A DNA stretch of 64,000 nt, from assembly GCF_902459465.1 (NCBI RefSeq), contig NC_047079.1, positions 7,192,001-7,256,000 on the forward strand. The letters run 5' to 3'. The DNA comes from Asterias rubens (Eukaryota). Both the position numbers and the translations under genes were made by a program. Below are positions 35,586 through 52,598 of the stretch, in pieces (within the stretch, counting starts at the first letter, position 1; each line of letters starts with the position of its first letter). The notes beneath the pieces were generated by a model that worked only from the letters and a program-made list of their open reading frames with translations, was not told where the DNA came from and made no database searches.

Positions 35586-38500
35586 ATGTCTGACCAAAAC
35601 CACCAAAATAATTTCCCAGAGATGAAGAAAGTTACTTTTGCCATCTTCGGTTTGGGCCGAGCTGGTACCATCCACTTCGGCAATCTCATACGGAACCAGC
35701 GTGCCGTTATACGGTACATTGTGGAGGAGAATCGTGCAAGGGCTGAACAGGTGCTACAGGAACTTCAGTTTGATATTGTTAGTAAAGAGTGCCAACTCGT
35801 CACTGCTGCAGAAGCTGACAAGGTCTACCAAGATAAAAGGTGTGTATAGTGCCAATGATTCATGAAGTGCCCCCTCCCTTTTTTTCTCGGCTTGGGGCCC
35901 ATGTGGTTGAGCACTGCGGAGCCTGTGAGTCGAGGTTAGAAAAAAACATGGCGCTGATCCTTGGATTGTATCATATGGCGGATCCAGGATTTTATCTCGT
36001 ATTATTATAATACAGGGAATACAACGAAGCACACAGGACTGTGTGTGGGTGGGGTGGGGGGGGGGTCAGGGGGCGGCCCTGTGGGCGACATGCTATGATG
36101 AGCCTTTGAACAGTCGGAAACGCCCACTAACACCCCCAGTACCAAACACACATTACCCCGCCCCACCCAACACACGCGTGCACAGTTTTTTCCCTATCCC
36201 AATCAGGTTAATATGCAAATCTGTGGTGCTTATAGGTCTACCACTTTGTATACCATTGTTTTCCATTATGAGTGTTTTAATTACGTTTATTTCGCAGCCG
36301 TTGTGGATGCTCCCATCGATTTTCTTAAAACACATTGGGCTGTCCAAAATGCAATTTGATATTTTGCACCTGAGTCTATAGAGCTAACATTCAATCAAAA
36401 ATGGTTTGTATATGCCTAATATTAATACACTGAGTGCAAACGTTATCCCTTTGTTTTGCCTGATGCACTGGGCACCCAGCAGTGTGTCCAAACACACTTC
36501 CCCCCTGAATATTGTGTGTGTGTTGTATAGAGCAAGGAAGAGAGTGTTATGCACTATTAATTGACACAATGGTAGACGGTGCGTCAGGGACATAACCCCT
36601 GTGCCTAAATGTTGTTGTTGTATAAAAGCATTGGACTGTTTCGACCAGATATGCCTGGCCATTCAACTTCAGTAGTTTGTTTCTCGAGGGTGGGCAGTTG
36701 GATTACGAGGAAGAATGATTTATTTTTATTTTGATGAGTGAAGTTATCAACACAAAATGCAAATTCGGGCAGTAAAACGAAGATAGTGATCGGATTTGAA
36801 GGTATTGAAGACAAATTAAAACTTGGACAAAAATATGTTTTTTTTTTTCTAGTAACCTCGTTCTACAATGAGCAACCCTTGTTAAGGCAAAATTGTTTGG
36901 TATTTTGTCTGGCACATTTTGTTTACAGACTCTAGCCCTGTTTTTATTTTATATTTCGATTACAAAGTTTAGAATTTACCTTTTTACTCATCAGTGTCGA
37001 TGCAGTTATTGTTTGTACACACACGGACTCCCATAAAGAAATCGTGCAGAGCTCACTCCAAGCAGGTTTGTAGACGTGACGTCATTAGTCTCTGTCTTAC
37101 TATTTTATTATTTTAACTTACGTCATGTGGTCATGATCAGTATTCGTTATTTTGATGTGTTTTATAAGTTATTCTTCTGAAAGACATGGCTGCTGTCAAA
37201 TACAGATGCCTGAAGAATAACAATTACACCACAAATAAACACACATTTCCTGCCCATTACACATTTTACATGAGTGTTATTTTAACACCTTATAGTGTTC
37301 ATTTGGGGGTATCTGTGACAACGCCCATGGTGTAAATTTGTGTTTTTAATTGTTTAAATTTTTTTACCCTTTCAGGTAAATCTGTGTTTTGTGAGAAGCC
37401 CGTTGCCACCGAGTTGAGTGATACGAAAGCTTGCTACGACCTCGCTGAGAAAAACGGACAGTTTCTCTTCTGTGCGTTTAATAGGTATAGTATTTATCGA
37501 CTGATCAGGGCGGGTTTCGTTCACAACATTGATTCCAAAATTAGTTGATAAGTAAATATTTAACAGTTTTTTTTTCTATTTTTACGATGCTCGAATATAA
37601 GATGATTAATTTATTTGTTTATTTATTCATTTATTTATTTGTAGACGTCAAGACCCTTCCATTCGTGAGCTCCATAAACGTGTTCGAAGAGGAGATCTGG
37701 GCCAGATCCAATCGATCAAGACTTGCTCAAGAGATAGCCCCATTCCAACAAAAGAATACCTCAAGATATCAGGTAAAGATTTTCAAATAATCTTCCCGAT
37801 ATTCGTTGTCTACTCAATGTCTTGTCTTACATACTGAATAAGACAGTAATACACGATGCATTCATGCACAAGCTATAAGTATAACATTCGATCGAAAGTG
37901 CAGAAATTTTTTAGTGAGATGTGAGCTTGTCCCAGTGTTCTCTCGCATAATTTTTTTATTTTTGTAAACTTTTGCCCATAAAAACATTGTGGGGGTAGGT
38001 CCAAAATGTAATATTATTATGTCTTTCATTAAAAAAGAAACCTGCCCACAATGTAGCTCTCGTACCTTACGTACGAACTGACAAGTATACATACCTCTGA
38101 CCAATCATAACACAGATATGGAAAACTTACGTCAAAGTAAGTTTATAACGGTGTCCAATGAAATCATTGGGTATGTAAGGCCAGTGCCTGTATTTACCAT
38201 TATGACACATCCACCGGGGGAATAATCCCTCGTGCACCTGCTAAATTAACTGGTGTCTCCGTTGACACCTCTTATGACAGGCGGTATCTTTCACGACTGT
38301 GCCGTTCACGACATCGATGTAGTCTGTTGGATTCTTGGCGAGTTCCCTGACGTCGTTTACACGCAGGCACACGCCTTCCACAAGAACGTTGCTGAGCTGG
38401 GTGATGTCGACCAGGTCAACATAACAATGAAGTTTGCCAGTGGTATCATCGCTACCATTGACTTAAACAGAGAAGCATCCTACGGATACGACCAGCGTAT

Positions 38501-39807
38501 TGAGGTAAACTATCAGTATTCGAAATTCATTGAAGGCCAAAGTACACACGGACAAGGGTGTCATGACCGAGCAATGTATAGGGCACTTAGTTCTGGTGGT
38601 TTTCAAAGTCATCGGGGGTGGGTTCGAGTCCCGGTCATTAGGTCTGCACTTATATTCTTGAACGAGACACTTCACTATAAGGCGTGGCAGTACGATCAAA
38701 AGTATTTTGTTTTCTCTCCACAGGTTTTCGGCTCAAACGGGATGCTTGAAACGAGAAATAATAGCAAGATAAACCTTGTGGGTCACCTTGGTAAGAATGG
38801 CGCCTCTTCAGATCCAGTTCCCTTCTCATTTCCACAGAGATACGCCGACGCATACAGGGAGGAACTGGACTATTTTATAGACTACGTATTAGGTAAAAGA
38901 AAACAGTACATTTCTTTGGGTTGAACAAAGAACAATCTTGAACAGAACTAAGTCCTAAGCCTGCCACCTCCGGATTGTGCCGACGTGCAGGAGATGCTGT
39001 GTCCCCTTCCCCTCATAATAATAGGGTCTTTTCGTTTTCGACGACGGATGGTTCTGCGACGGTTGTTCAGCTAAACGTTGTCGTTTTCAGCACAACGAAG
39101 ATTCATCCAAAGTACTGTCGTAAAAATTGAGGGACGACCGTCCTCAGAGCCGACGCATGCGCAGATGACGCCAAATGTCATCTTTACCGTCGCAGAACCA
39201 TCTGTCGTCGAAAACGATAAGTCCCTTTACCGGCGAACTGTGTACAAGCTTCTTCTGAAAGCGCCCTCTTTTGAATCCTACTCCTCCAGCCCACGTTAGC
39301 TTAACTTTCCATGTGGGGCGGGGCGGGGGGGGTGCAGAATCTTCGAGGACAGATGTCCCTATATTAAACACAAGAGCTCTGCAAACTATGTACTTTTATA
39401 GTAGGATGGTAAACATATCAAAATAAATAATTATTATTCTATGGAATGCTCACAAACACAGGCCGTGTTCGTGATGTGAAACTGGTGGAATGTCGTAACC
39501 TAAGTGTGAACTTTGATTTAACATAGCACGTGGTAGCAGATGATATTTCCTAACATCCCATTCCACTAGTGACGTGATTTGTGGACACACCTCTTTTAAA
39601 AACATGCATTGAATAGCGCGGGATAGGTGCATTGAAAAGTCATACATTTCAGCCCAAGATCATCCATGATTCTGTTTTATTCCTGCAGGGCTAGACAAGC
39701 ACGTGGAGGTAACAAGAACTGATACTATAATGGCGACAATTATTGCTGAAACATGTATGATGTCCTACCACAAAGGAATCCCAATCAAGTTGAAGGACGT
39801 CATGTAA
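35586..39807 (+). CDS. Gfo/Idh/MocA oxidoreductase, myo-inositol 2-dehydrogenase (IolG)-like; 7 exons, ~357 aa
   Basis: Exons 35586-35839, 36995-37065, 37376-37484, 37645-37772, 38281-38504, 38724-38892, 39689-39807; 1074 nt. Rossmann GLGRAG, VFCEKP, AFNRR.DP, SRDSP, GGIFHDCAVHDID (catalytic D..H), YGYDQRIEVFG, FPQRYADAY. Confidence 0.88.
39023..39226. mobile_element. MITE with ~40-bp TIRs in the last intron of the IolG-like gene
   Basis: AGGGTCTTTTCGTTTTCGACGACGGATGGTTCTGCGACGGT pairs with ACCGTCGCAGAACCATCTGTCGTCGAAAACGATAAGTCCCT. Confidence 0.75.
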
Positions 39808-39832
39808 ACACAGAAGATTGAGGCTTCAGCGG

Positions 39833-40267
39833 GGGCCGGTGTCTATGCAATAATGTCCTCCGGATAGTATTGCATGCAATCGTGTGCGCCAGGACGCTGC
39901 CGGCAACTGTGTCCGCCCGGGCACACATTTGCATATGCAGTTGTGTCCGCCCCGTGCAAAACCGTGATTGCAGTAAATTAAACGCCCTTGGTCAACGGAA
40001 CACGTTCGCCATTTTTGTTTTACAAGCTAAGTGTATGTCATAAATGACATGAGAAATGTTCGGCCTGTGGGTATTCGCTGCAATCATAATACGTGAATAT
40101 TCCTACATAATTTATACGTAGCGTGCATGCACGCTCGTGTACAGTCATGTACAGTCATGTATGTCCGCCGGACGGTTTTTGCATAGCCCGGACACGGATT
40201 GCATATGCAAAAGTGTCCGAAGAGGACAGTATTGCATGGCGGACACAATTGCATCTGACACCGGCCC
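39833..40267. mobile_element. Harbinger-like MITE with internal TGCATATGCA repeats; copy 1
   Basis: GGGCCGGTGTC...GACACCGGCCC ends; second copy at ~47090-47480; starts 26 bp after the IolG-like stop codon. Confidence 0.7.
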
Positions 40268-41404
40268 TACCGCGGTGCACCGCCACAACTAAGCTTCACC
40301 GTCCATTGCAGTTTTAGAGTTTTAGTACGACCATTATTTACATCTGTAAGTCATTCTAGGATACAGTTAGAAATGTTGACAGCACATTTGTCACATCTGT
40401 GCAGGGGAAACTAAAAATGATACCATTAATAAAGAAAATACAATTAAAGTCGTTAGAGATCTTTCAGTTGAACACAATGTCAAAATACTCCACCACTGCT
40501 TCAATCAATTATACTGCTATGGACCCTTAAACTTTGTTTTCTTATAGTTTTTTAAATTTATGGATTATTTTGGCAGTCTATTCCAGTATTTGTTTTTGTA
40601 TACATTTTATTTATAAAGGGCCTATATTTTATTTCTCTTTAAGATGACTTGGAAGTATTATTTTCTTATAAACTTGGATTCGATTTCACAGTTTAACGAT
40701 GTATATTTACTGATAGAAGGCAATGTACGTTTGGTAAACATACTTTGCCTTTGAAGTTTGTTTCCTGTTGTTTTATTTTCATTTTGATTTTAATGTGTAA
40801 CTTGTTGTTAATTGTACTGTGATTAAAATTGTTACTTCTTGTATAATTTTGTTATAATTTTGTTATTCACATTTCAAACACCGGTGTGTTGCTTTTGGTT
40901 ATTGCTTTAAAATAAATAAAGTTATTTTTTTTTTTTTTTTAATAAGTGAACCTACCTTTCAAGAGACCACCAAGCATTTATTTTTTATCTGTTTGTATTC
41001 CCGGAGGAAAGTTACATTTATCCATGGTTTATTCAAGCAATCCAGTTACTTACACGTCAACCACCCACCCACCATCTCCGTGTCCCCGCCCCTCCCATTA
41101 CATTAATTTGCATAACAAACAGCTAACCAGTCAATCAAAATGAATATTCATTTCATACCGCTATATTCATTGGTCCCCGCTCAATGACGTATAGTTTCTG
41201 TGTAACAGGTGTGTGCGTTGAACTCGTTATTTATTTACGTTCAACAAAATCATAATCAACAGAGTAGTGGCGAGTATTGATTTGCCATGTGTTTCCACGT
41301 AGCGGTCGAGCCCTCACACACACACACACATCTGACTGAGCTAGCGGTTATCACTTTCATCTTTCATCCTACTATCCGTGTGCTAAAGTGTACTTTGAGG
41401 CGTA

Positions 41405-45805
<4,401 letters not shown>

Positions 45806-47089
45806 GGAAACATCAGTTAAACTCCTCATTAGATCATCTGAAATCCTCCATTTTGTGCTCTTTTACTGCTACGACAATCTTAATTATTCTCTACTTGGCA
45901 GACTCCATTCCTGTGTTTTTAATGCGAGTCTGTGAACCTACTCACTTTCATAAAATATGTGAGGTTTTATTTTATAACTGCGAGGTTGCCTTCATCCTTT
46001 TTGCATATGAGGTAGGGTGTCGTGGCCGAGTGGATAAGAAGTCACATGGAAATTTGGTTGGTAATCCTGTTTTTATCAAGGAAGAAATTTAAAGCTAAGC
46101 AAATTGTTGTGCTTAGCAGCTCTATGAAATTTAGCCCAGCTATGGGGCTACCTCATGCTACTTACCATCCATTTGCACATTGTTATTTGTATTATTATAA
46201 ACCTCAGGACTACCTTGTGCTATGAGACTATACTAATATTTTTGATAATAGTTTTGTATATAAGCCTCCAGCCTGAGGCTGTGAGCTAGGCTACTCATTT
46301 TCATAAAATATGTTTGAGGTTTTATATAAAGAACCTTATGTGTGGGGCTATAATAAGGAGCATACTTTCTTTCAGTTTGTCTTTAAGAAGTTATTATAAG
46401 GAAGCTGTCGAAGGTATCATAACACATCGAGAGCCTATTGTGCCCTCAAACGGTCAATGTGTATGCTAGGAACAAAATGACACTCGCAGCAAAAAGGTGA
46501 CCAGTTATTAACCATCCATAGTTATTAAGATTGTTTGTGGTCTGACTGCTTCATTAATATAACAAGTATTTGAGAACAATAGAATAGATATATTATTTTA
46601 AACAAAAAACAGGGGTATTTTTAAAAGAGTTTTATGATAATGAAATAATGTATTCAATTATTGTGCATTAATAATTTCTGATGAGATTTTGAGAGAAAAA
46701 AATATAGTTATTATGCCTATAGTAGGCCCACTGCAGCATTGGCCTTCTAAACTTTATTGTTAATAAATTGTGCTGTGGATAATTGATTCATGCCTCCGCG
46801 ATGGGGCAAAACCTTTAAAGCAAAACACTAGCCATTAGTCAATGCTGTAGCGTCCGAACCGGCGACATACGGCAGTCGCTGAGGGCTGCTTTGACCGTGT
46901 CTGAATTGGTGACACGGATGAAGCTATTACTGGATCGCTGCGTCATCATGATTGAATATAGGACGTCCTATAGCAACATCCATAGCAACTTGAACCGTGA
47001 GACGTAACCGTTGCCGCCAATTCGGATACGGCGTGTGCTGCAACGCATGTTGACCGGTTGATACAAGCCGATAGTCGGCATCTCCAATA

Positions 47090-47480
47090 CGGCCGGTGTC
47101 GCATGCAATTATGTCCTCTATGCAATACTATCCGGAGGACATTATTGCATATGCAATAATGTCCGCCGGACGGTTTTGCATATGCAATCATGTCCGCCCG
47201 GACGCTCCGCCTGACATTTGCATATGCAGTTGTGTCCGCCCCCGTGCAAAACCGTCCTTGCAGTAGCCTTTTTTTGCAAGCTAAGTGCATGTCATGAATG
47301 ACATGGGAAATGTTCGGCCGTTTGGTGTTCGCTGCAATCATAAAATACGTGTTTGTTCATGCTGCATACACGTAGGTTCCGTGCATGCTCATACATGCAT
47401 AGCCTCGGACACGATTACATGTGCAGGGGAGTCCAGAGCGGACAGTATTGCATGGCGGACACAATTGCATCTGACACAGG
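47090..47480. mobile_element. Second copy of the GGCCGGTGTC MITE, between CDA and the SDR 3' ends
   Basis: Shares long blocks with 39833-40267, e.g. GCAGTTGTGTCCGCCCCGTGCAAAACCGT and GCATGGCGGACACAATTGCATCTGACAC. Confidence 0.7.
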
Positions 47481-47680
47481 TGAGGTAGGAGTTTCTGGTC
47501 CCCCATGTGGCAAACTGTGTACAAATCTCTTCTGATAGCGCGCTCCTTCAGCCCACGTTCCGTGGGGGAACAGAATCTGCGGCGGGTATTTCACTGGGAC
47601 TGGGACACCGGCCTTTTAAATATTAAACAGTGCGAGAATAATAGTAACTCCTTAATTCTGAATTGGGCAGTGATTCTCAT

Positions 47681-50600
47681 TTAGACCTGCACGATACCAT
47701 TTAACTTCGTCAAGCCAAGCACCTTTCCCTCCCAGAACTTGTCAAGAACGAGTCGAAGAAAAGAGTCGGTAACCTCGTCCACCCTAGAATAGAAAAAAAC
47801 AAAAAAACATCAACATTCGGTTTTGTTATTAATACCATAGTGATTTTATTGTGAATTTATGGGAGACCGTAATGCTACAGCTAGCTGGCAGTGCACTTTG
47901 CCAGGTAAATTTCTATAAAGTGTCAATCTGTTTCAAAGAAACAATAAATTTACCTGGTATGTCTGCTGTGCCCCTATAGCTCTCAAAAGTCTCTTTTTTT
48001 TTGTCGAGAACCAATCACGGGAAGTGCTACAAAGATACATGGCTCGGGGGACTGATAGGCCGTACCTCACCAATTAATTACCTTGATCGTGCCCACACCG
48101 TTAGTCGTTTATACCTTTACAAATGAGCTTATTGCTAGTAACATTAAAGGAACCTTGTAAAGGCATGGGTGCGTGCAATAATTTGGTAAACGCTTAGTCA
48201 ATGTACAGCGACTTTTGATAATGACGGCTCAGCCTTTTAACTAAACACTTCCTAAATAATGTCGGGATAGATAAGGTTTGATTTGTGTTAATACCATAGA
48301 GTTATATATAACTCTATGGTTAATACTTACTCTAAGAGTCCCATATGTTGCAAGAGAGCAGTAGCAATATCCCGATGTACATCACTATTTAACCGAGCTA
48401 TTCCATCAATGATCGCTGTGTTTGCAAATGCTGGACACAGAGCGCCGAAGGTTATTCCAATCGCCTTCAAGCACGGGTCAGCCTGTGAACGAGATGGAGT
48501 TTAGTTATTAAAAGCATGGACACCTTTGGTAATTATCAAAGACCAATCGTCTCACTTGGTGTATCTCAACATTTATGCATTATATAACAAACCTGCGAAA
48601 ATTTGAATTCAATTGGTTTTCGAAGTTGCGAGATTATAATGGAAGAAAAAACACCCTTGTCACACGAAGTTGTGTGTTTTTATGCACGCGGTGGCAACGC
48701 TTTTTATAAGGGTGACGCCTTTCAGCCATAGCCCAGCTAAAGCAGTAAATTCGGACGAGGTTCATAAAAAAATACGATTAAAAAATGGAGCAACAATTTT
48801 GTATCAAAGCCTCTTTCTGAAACTTGCATGAATATCTCGATGCGAGTTAATGACAAACGATCATTACAAAACCACGAGGCCCACTATGGCAAACTTAACG
48901 TTTGGCGACATTTCGATAAGGTTTTGTATTAGATCAGTGAAAGTAATTTGTTTTTACCTGAAGAGCTCTAGTCCATCCAACGCTGGCGAACTTTGTAGCG
49001 GTATAGGTGGGCATGAAACTTGCCGCTTGAAGACCTTTGACAAGAAAAAAGATTGGGGGGAAAAAGTTTTAACTTACCGAAGTATCACTGATAAGACTAT
49101 TCTTCAAGCATGTTCTGACGTTCACGTTCACGTATTGCTCGCGAAACGTGCAGCTAAACCTCCCTATTTTACGTCAGGTGTACGTACGTGAAGACTTTAT
49201 ACGTGAGCATGCAATAAGCCCAAAGTGGCAACGTCACCTATATAGAAATAACACCATTTTCTGACGTTTACGTTCACGTATTTGCTCGCGTAACAAACGT
49301 GCATCTAAACCTCCCTAATGTTTTCTTGCTCACCTGCCATTGATGCAACATTGATGACCATTCCACCTTCACCACCTTCTTCCGGGCCCATGTACCTGAT
49401 GGCAAGCTTGGTTCCTCTCATCGTACCTTTCTGTTCAAAAGAGAGGAGGAAAATTGTGAAATATGGGTGACCACACAGACGTGAAAATGAAACGGGGATT
49501 CCCCCACCCCACTCAACCCATTTGGTACCAATTCCTCATTTATCTTTATGTCAATGACAATATTCGTCAGTTGGTCTACATGGTTATAACGATCCAAATG
49601 ACTTTCGTAGATAGACAGCATAGCAGGCATGTATGTTTCGTTTTTGAAAGAACAAGAACACCAAGACATTTTCTTCTTGGTAAAAGGCACCCTATGATGG
49701 GCATGTTAGCAACCGGTTACCTTCGTTACCTCCGTGGAGTATCAGGCCCGGCATAGTTTTTTCAAATATGTTTTCTAAAGCATGACTCTGAATATAATAA
49801 TATAAATTCGGAAGATAGGAGCGAGGAAACAAAATGGCGACCGTATGAAGGTTGTTACCAGATTAGTGTCGACGCATTTTTCCCAGTTGTCTTCGTTCAT
49901 TATTCCAGCATTATTCACCACCAAGTTGATGCATCCAAACTTCGCCTTCGTCTTTTTGAAAACATCTGTAAAAAAAAAACATCGACAATTTGTTTTCTTG
50001 AATTAGAGATGAATAGGTAAAACACTTGCCTATTGGTGTTTTATGGGAACAGTTCAGTATCGAAATGATGCAAACCACCGACTAACAATGGACATTATGC
50101 ATTGAAGTCGTATCACTGCGCCGATGAAAGAGAAAGGTAAACGCACAAAATGTTCGCGCGGCCCACACTACGGGCCAATGTGCAACCTTCTGCTTACCTC
50201 TAGTTGAGGGCACCCTAATCAAATTAATGACGTCCCACGCATGAAAGTCTAATCCCAAATATTTCTTTTCTCTTATAAATAAACTGTAACAACTGATATT
50301 ACCTTCGAATTCGGACTGAGAGGTAACGTCACATTTGACGAACATGACACGATCCTCTCCAAACTCCTCCGCAAGTTCCCGAAGTGTCTTGTTTCCAGTC
50401 GTCTCGTTGAAATCAGCTATGCACAAACCCTGCGAATGGATCGAAAACATGAGCAACTTGTATGTTGATCTCATTCACACGTCATCGACACACTTAAAAA
50501 GATATGGTTTGTGCGCATAAATAGTGCGCACTGAATAAGTGTATGTGCATTATTCTTCACAGTATTAACTTGAGACCACACCCCGGCTCTTTTCAGAGCC

Positions 50601-51050
50601 AAACATTCACACAAATTTGTGTTTACACATGGTTGTACCATGGAGGAAGGAAGAGAAGGAGCTCGAACGACCCGCGAATGTTTGCACTGTACATGCGGGT
50701 ATAATTATGAGAATTTATTTGCGCCATTGTTGTGAATTTTATTGCCTTCTACTTTTGGGGTTGGTGTAAAGAAAAACAAAAAGCGGACGAGTTGGTAACA
50801 CAAATGCGCACGCTATATTTGGCGATATATGCGCCGAGTCGTCATGGCCACCAATCCCACCATTCATTTCTATTTTGACCGACTTCTCAAAATGATCGTC
50901 TCCTCCAAACATTACCTTGGCTTTCTTCTTGAGTAGAGCGTGTGAGAAGGATTTACCGAAACCATCAGCACCCCCAGTCACGATGGCTACCCTCCCGTCT
51001 TTCATCTCGGCCGCAGCCGTGTCAAAGGAGTCTTTGCTTACCGCTGTCAT
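47681..51050 (-). CDS. Classical NAD-dependent short-chain dehydrogenase, 15-hydroxyprostaglandin dehydrogenase-like; 7 exons, ~265 aa
   Basis: Exons 51050-50916, 50429-50303, 49965-49859, 49430-49334, 49034-48958, 48482-48331, 47783-47681; 798 nt. TGGADGFG, IADFN (acidic residue suggests NAD), CDVT, VNNAGI, NVASMAG, YTATK (YxxxK), LCPAF. Orthology to HPGD is not established. Confidence 0.85.
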
Positions 51051-52448
51051 GTTTTGTCTTAGATGCTGGTTGGAGCAAAGCTTTAGTGCCGTCTGTAATG
51101 GTACGGGGTACGGGTACGTTATAAGGGAAAGTAATAACAGGTCATATAAGGCAAAAACAAAAACACTACCAGTTGATCGTTCGGATTTTTCAAAAAAGAG
51201 GATGATGAGGGCCTTACTATTTACTCTTATTTTTTTTTTTCAAGATGGCCGCTTAGTTCAAATCACAGGCCACCAATTGCAAACTTATTTTATATCTATT
51301 ATGAATGGCCGAATTCTGAATTTGAAACGCAGTAACAACTGGAGAGGCAAAACAGCTTTAATTCGAACGCATGAAAATGAAATTGACTGCTCATTTGCCG
51401 AATTTGACCGAGAAAACCTAAATTAACAGGGTCGGATTTGTAGAAAGATTTGCTAGTATGTTTTATGAAACAGACGGTTACACAATTATGTTCAAGAACA
51501 TCATGTTAGATTCAGAAAGCTCATAGGCCAGTGTCCTTTTGAAAAGATGGAGTAAAACAAATATTTAAAAAAAGATGCGGGCGGGGACGATCAACTTGTG
51601 TTTTTTTTATTTTTTTTATTTGACCTAACAGGCTCTCTTGTTTCTAAAGTAGCAGGAAGTTAGCCTTGACTTTTGTCCTTTATAAAATCGATTCCTGTTC
51701 CTATGCCACTGCTGTGGTAGTTTGACCATGGAGGAAGGTTCCTTCCTTGACATAGTACAAAGACGGAGCTTGCTCTGTGCATAGAGTAAGGACAGAGACT
51801 TTGACAACGAGTCTATTATATAATAGAGCATGCAAGGACAAAGTTCAAATTGAGTTCCACGGATTATATTCTATGCATATGCCAATGTTACCCTATTAAC
51901 TTTACACATCTCACAATCTATAAGATAAAACAACTCACGGTGATGATACAGAATTAATAACATATTATTTTTGCAGTCTATGATTCACCATGAGTTTCAG
52001 AAAATGGCATGGCTATAAAAGAGCCAGTGAGAAAGATAACTTGTCCTTCCAGCAGTGCAATTTTCAAACTTTTCAAAACGGCTGTCAATGTTTTATAGGA
52101 ACATAATGGCGCATGACCTTCAAAAGCTCGTGCGCGTATTTATACACACATTTCTGGAACTTCTCACTTGGAACCACATGAGCCCATAACCGAAAACAAC
52201 CTGACATGGCAGGGCTTAGCTGCTGTGTGACTGTGTGCCAATTGGAATTGGGACATACAGACAAACCTATAGAGGCCGGGCGCCCACACAGCCAATTATA
52301 CCGACCACATTGTTGTGGCACACTGCAGGACCAACACTGCTAAATGATAGTGTACCAGCAAGTTCCATAGTTTGCATATCAAATCGGAGGTAGAATTGTT
52401 AAAGGCACACCCCCCCCCCCCCCCCCATCACCTGCCTCCGACGTATAC

Positions 52449-52598
52449 AGGGTTCGTTTAGCTTCCCTCTGTCGACCCCGGTGTGTGACGGTTTTTTTCC
52501 CCAGGACGAACGTGTGCAGATAATATACCCACGTTCGTCCTGGAAGAAAAAACCGCCACACACCGGGGTCGACCCAGGGAAGCTAAACGAACGCACCC
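52449..52598. mobile_element. GC-rich near-perfect hairpin, likely a MITE
   Basis: ~63-bp arms (GTTCGTTTAGCTTCCCT..GTCGACCCCGGTGTGTG..CCAGGACGAACGTG and its reverse complement) around a ~15-nt loop. Confidence 0.7.

Noticed and set aside
51035-51041. Consensus donor GTAAGC three codons after the SDR ATG
   Set aside because: Using it would delete the TGxxxGxG cofactor motif; read-through gives a normal-length SDR.
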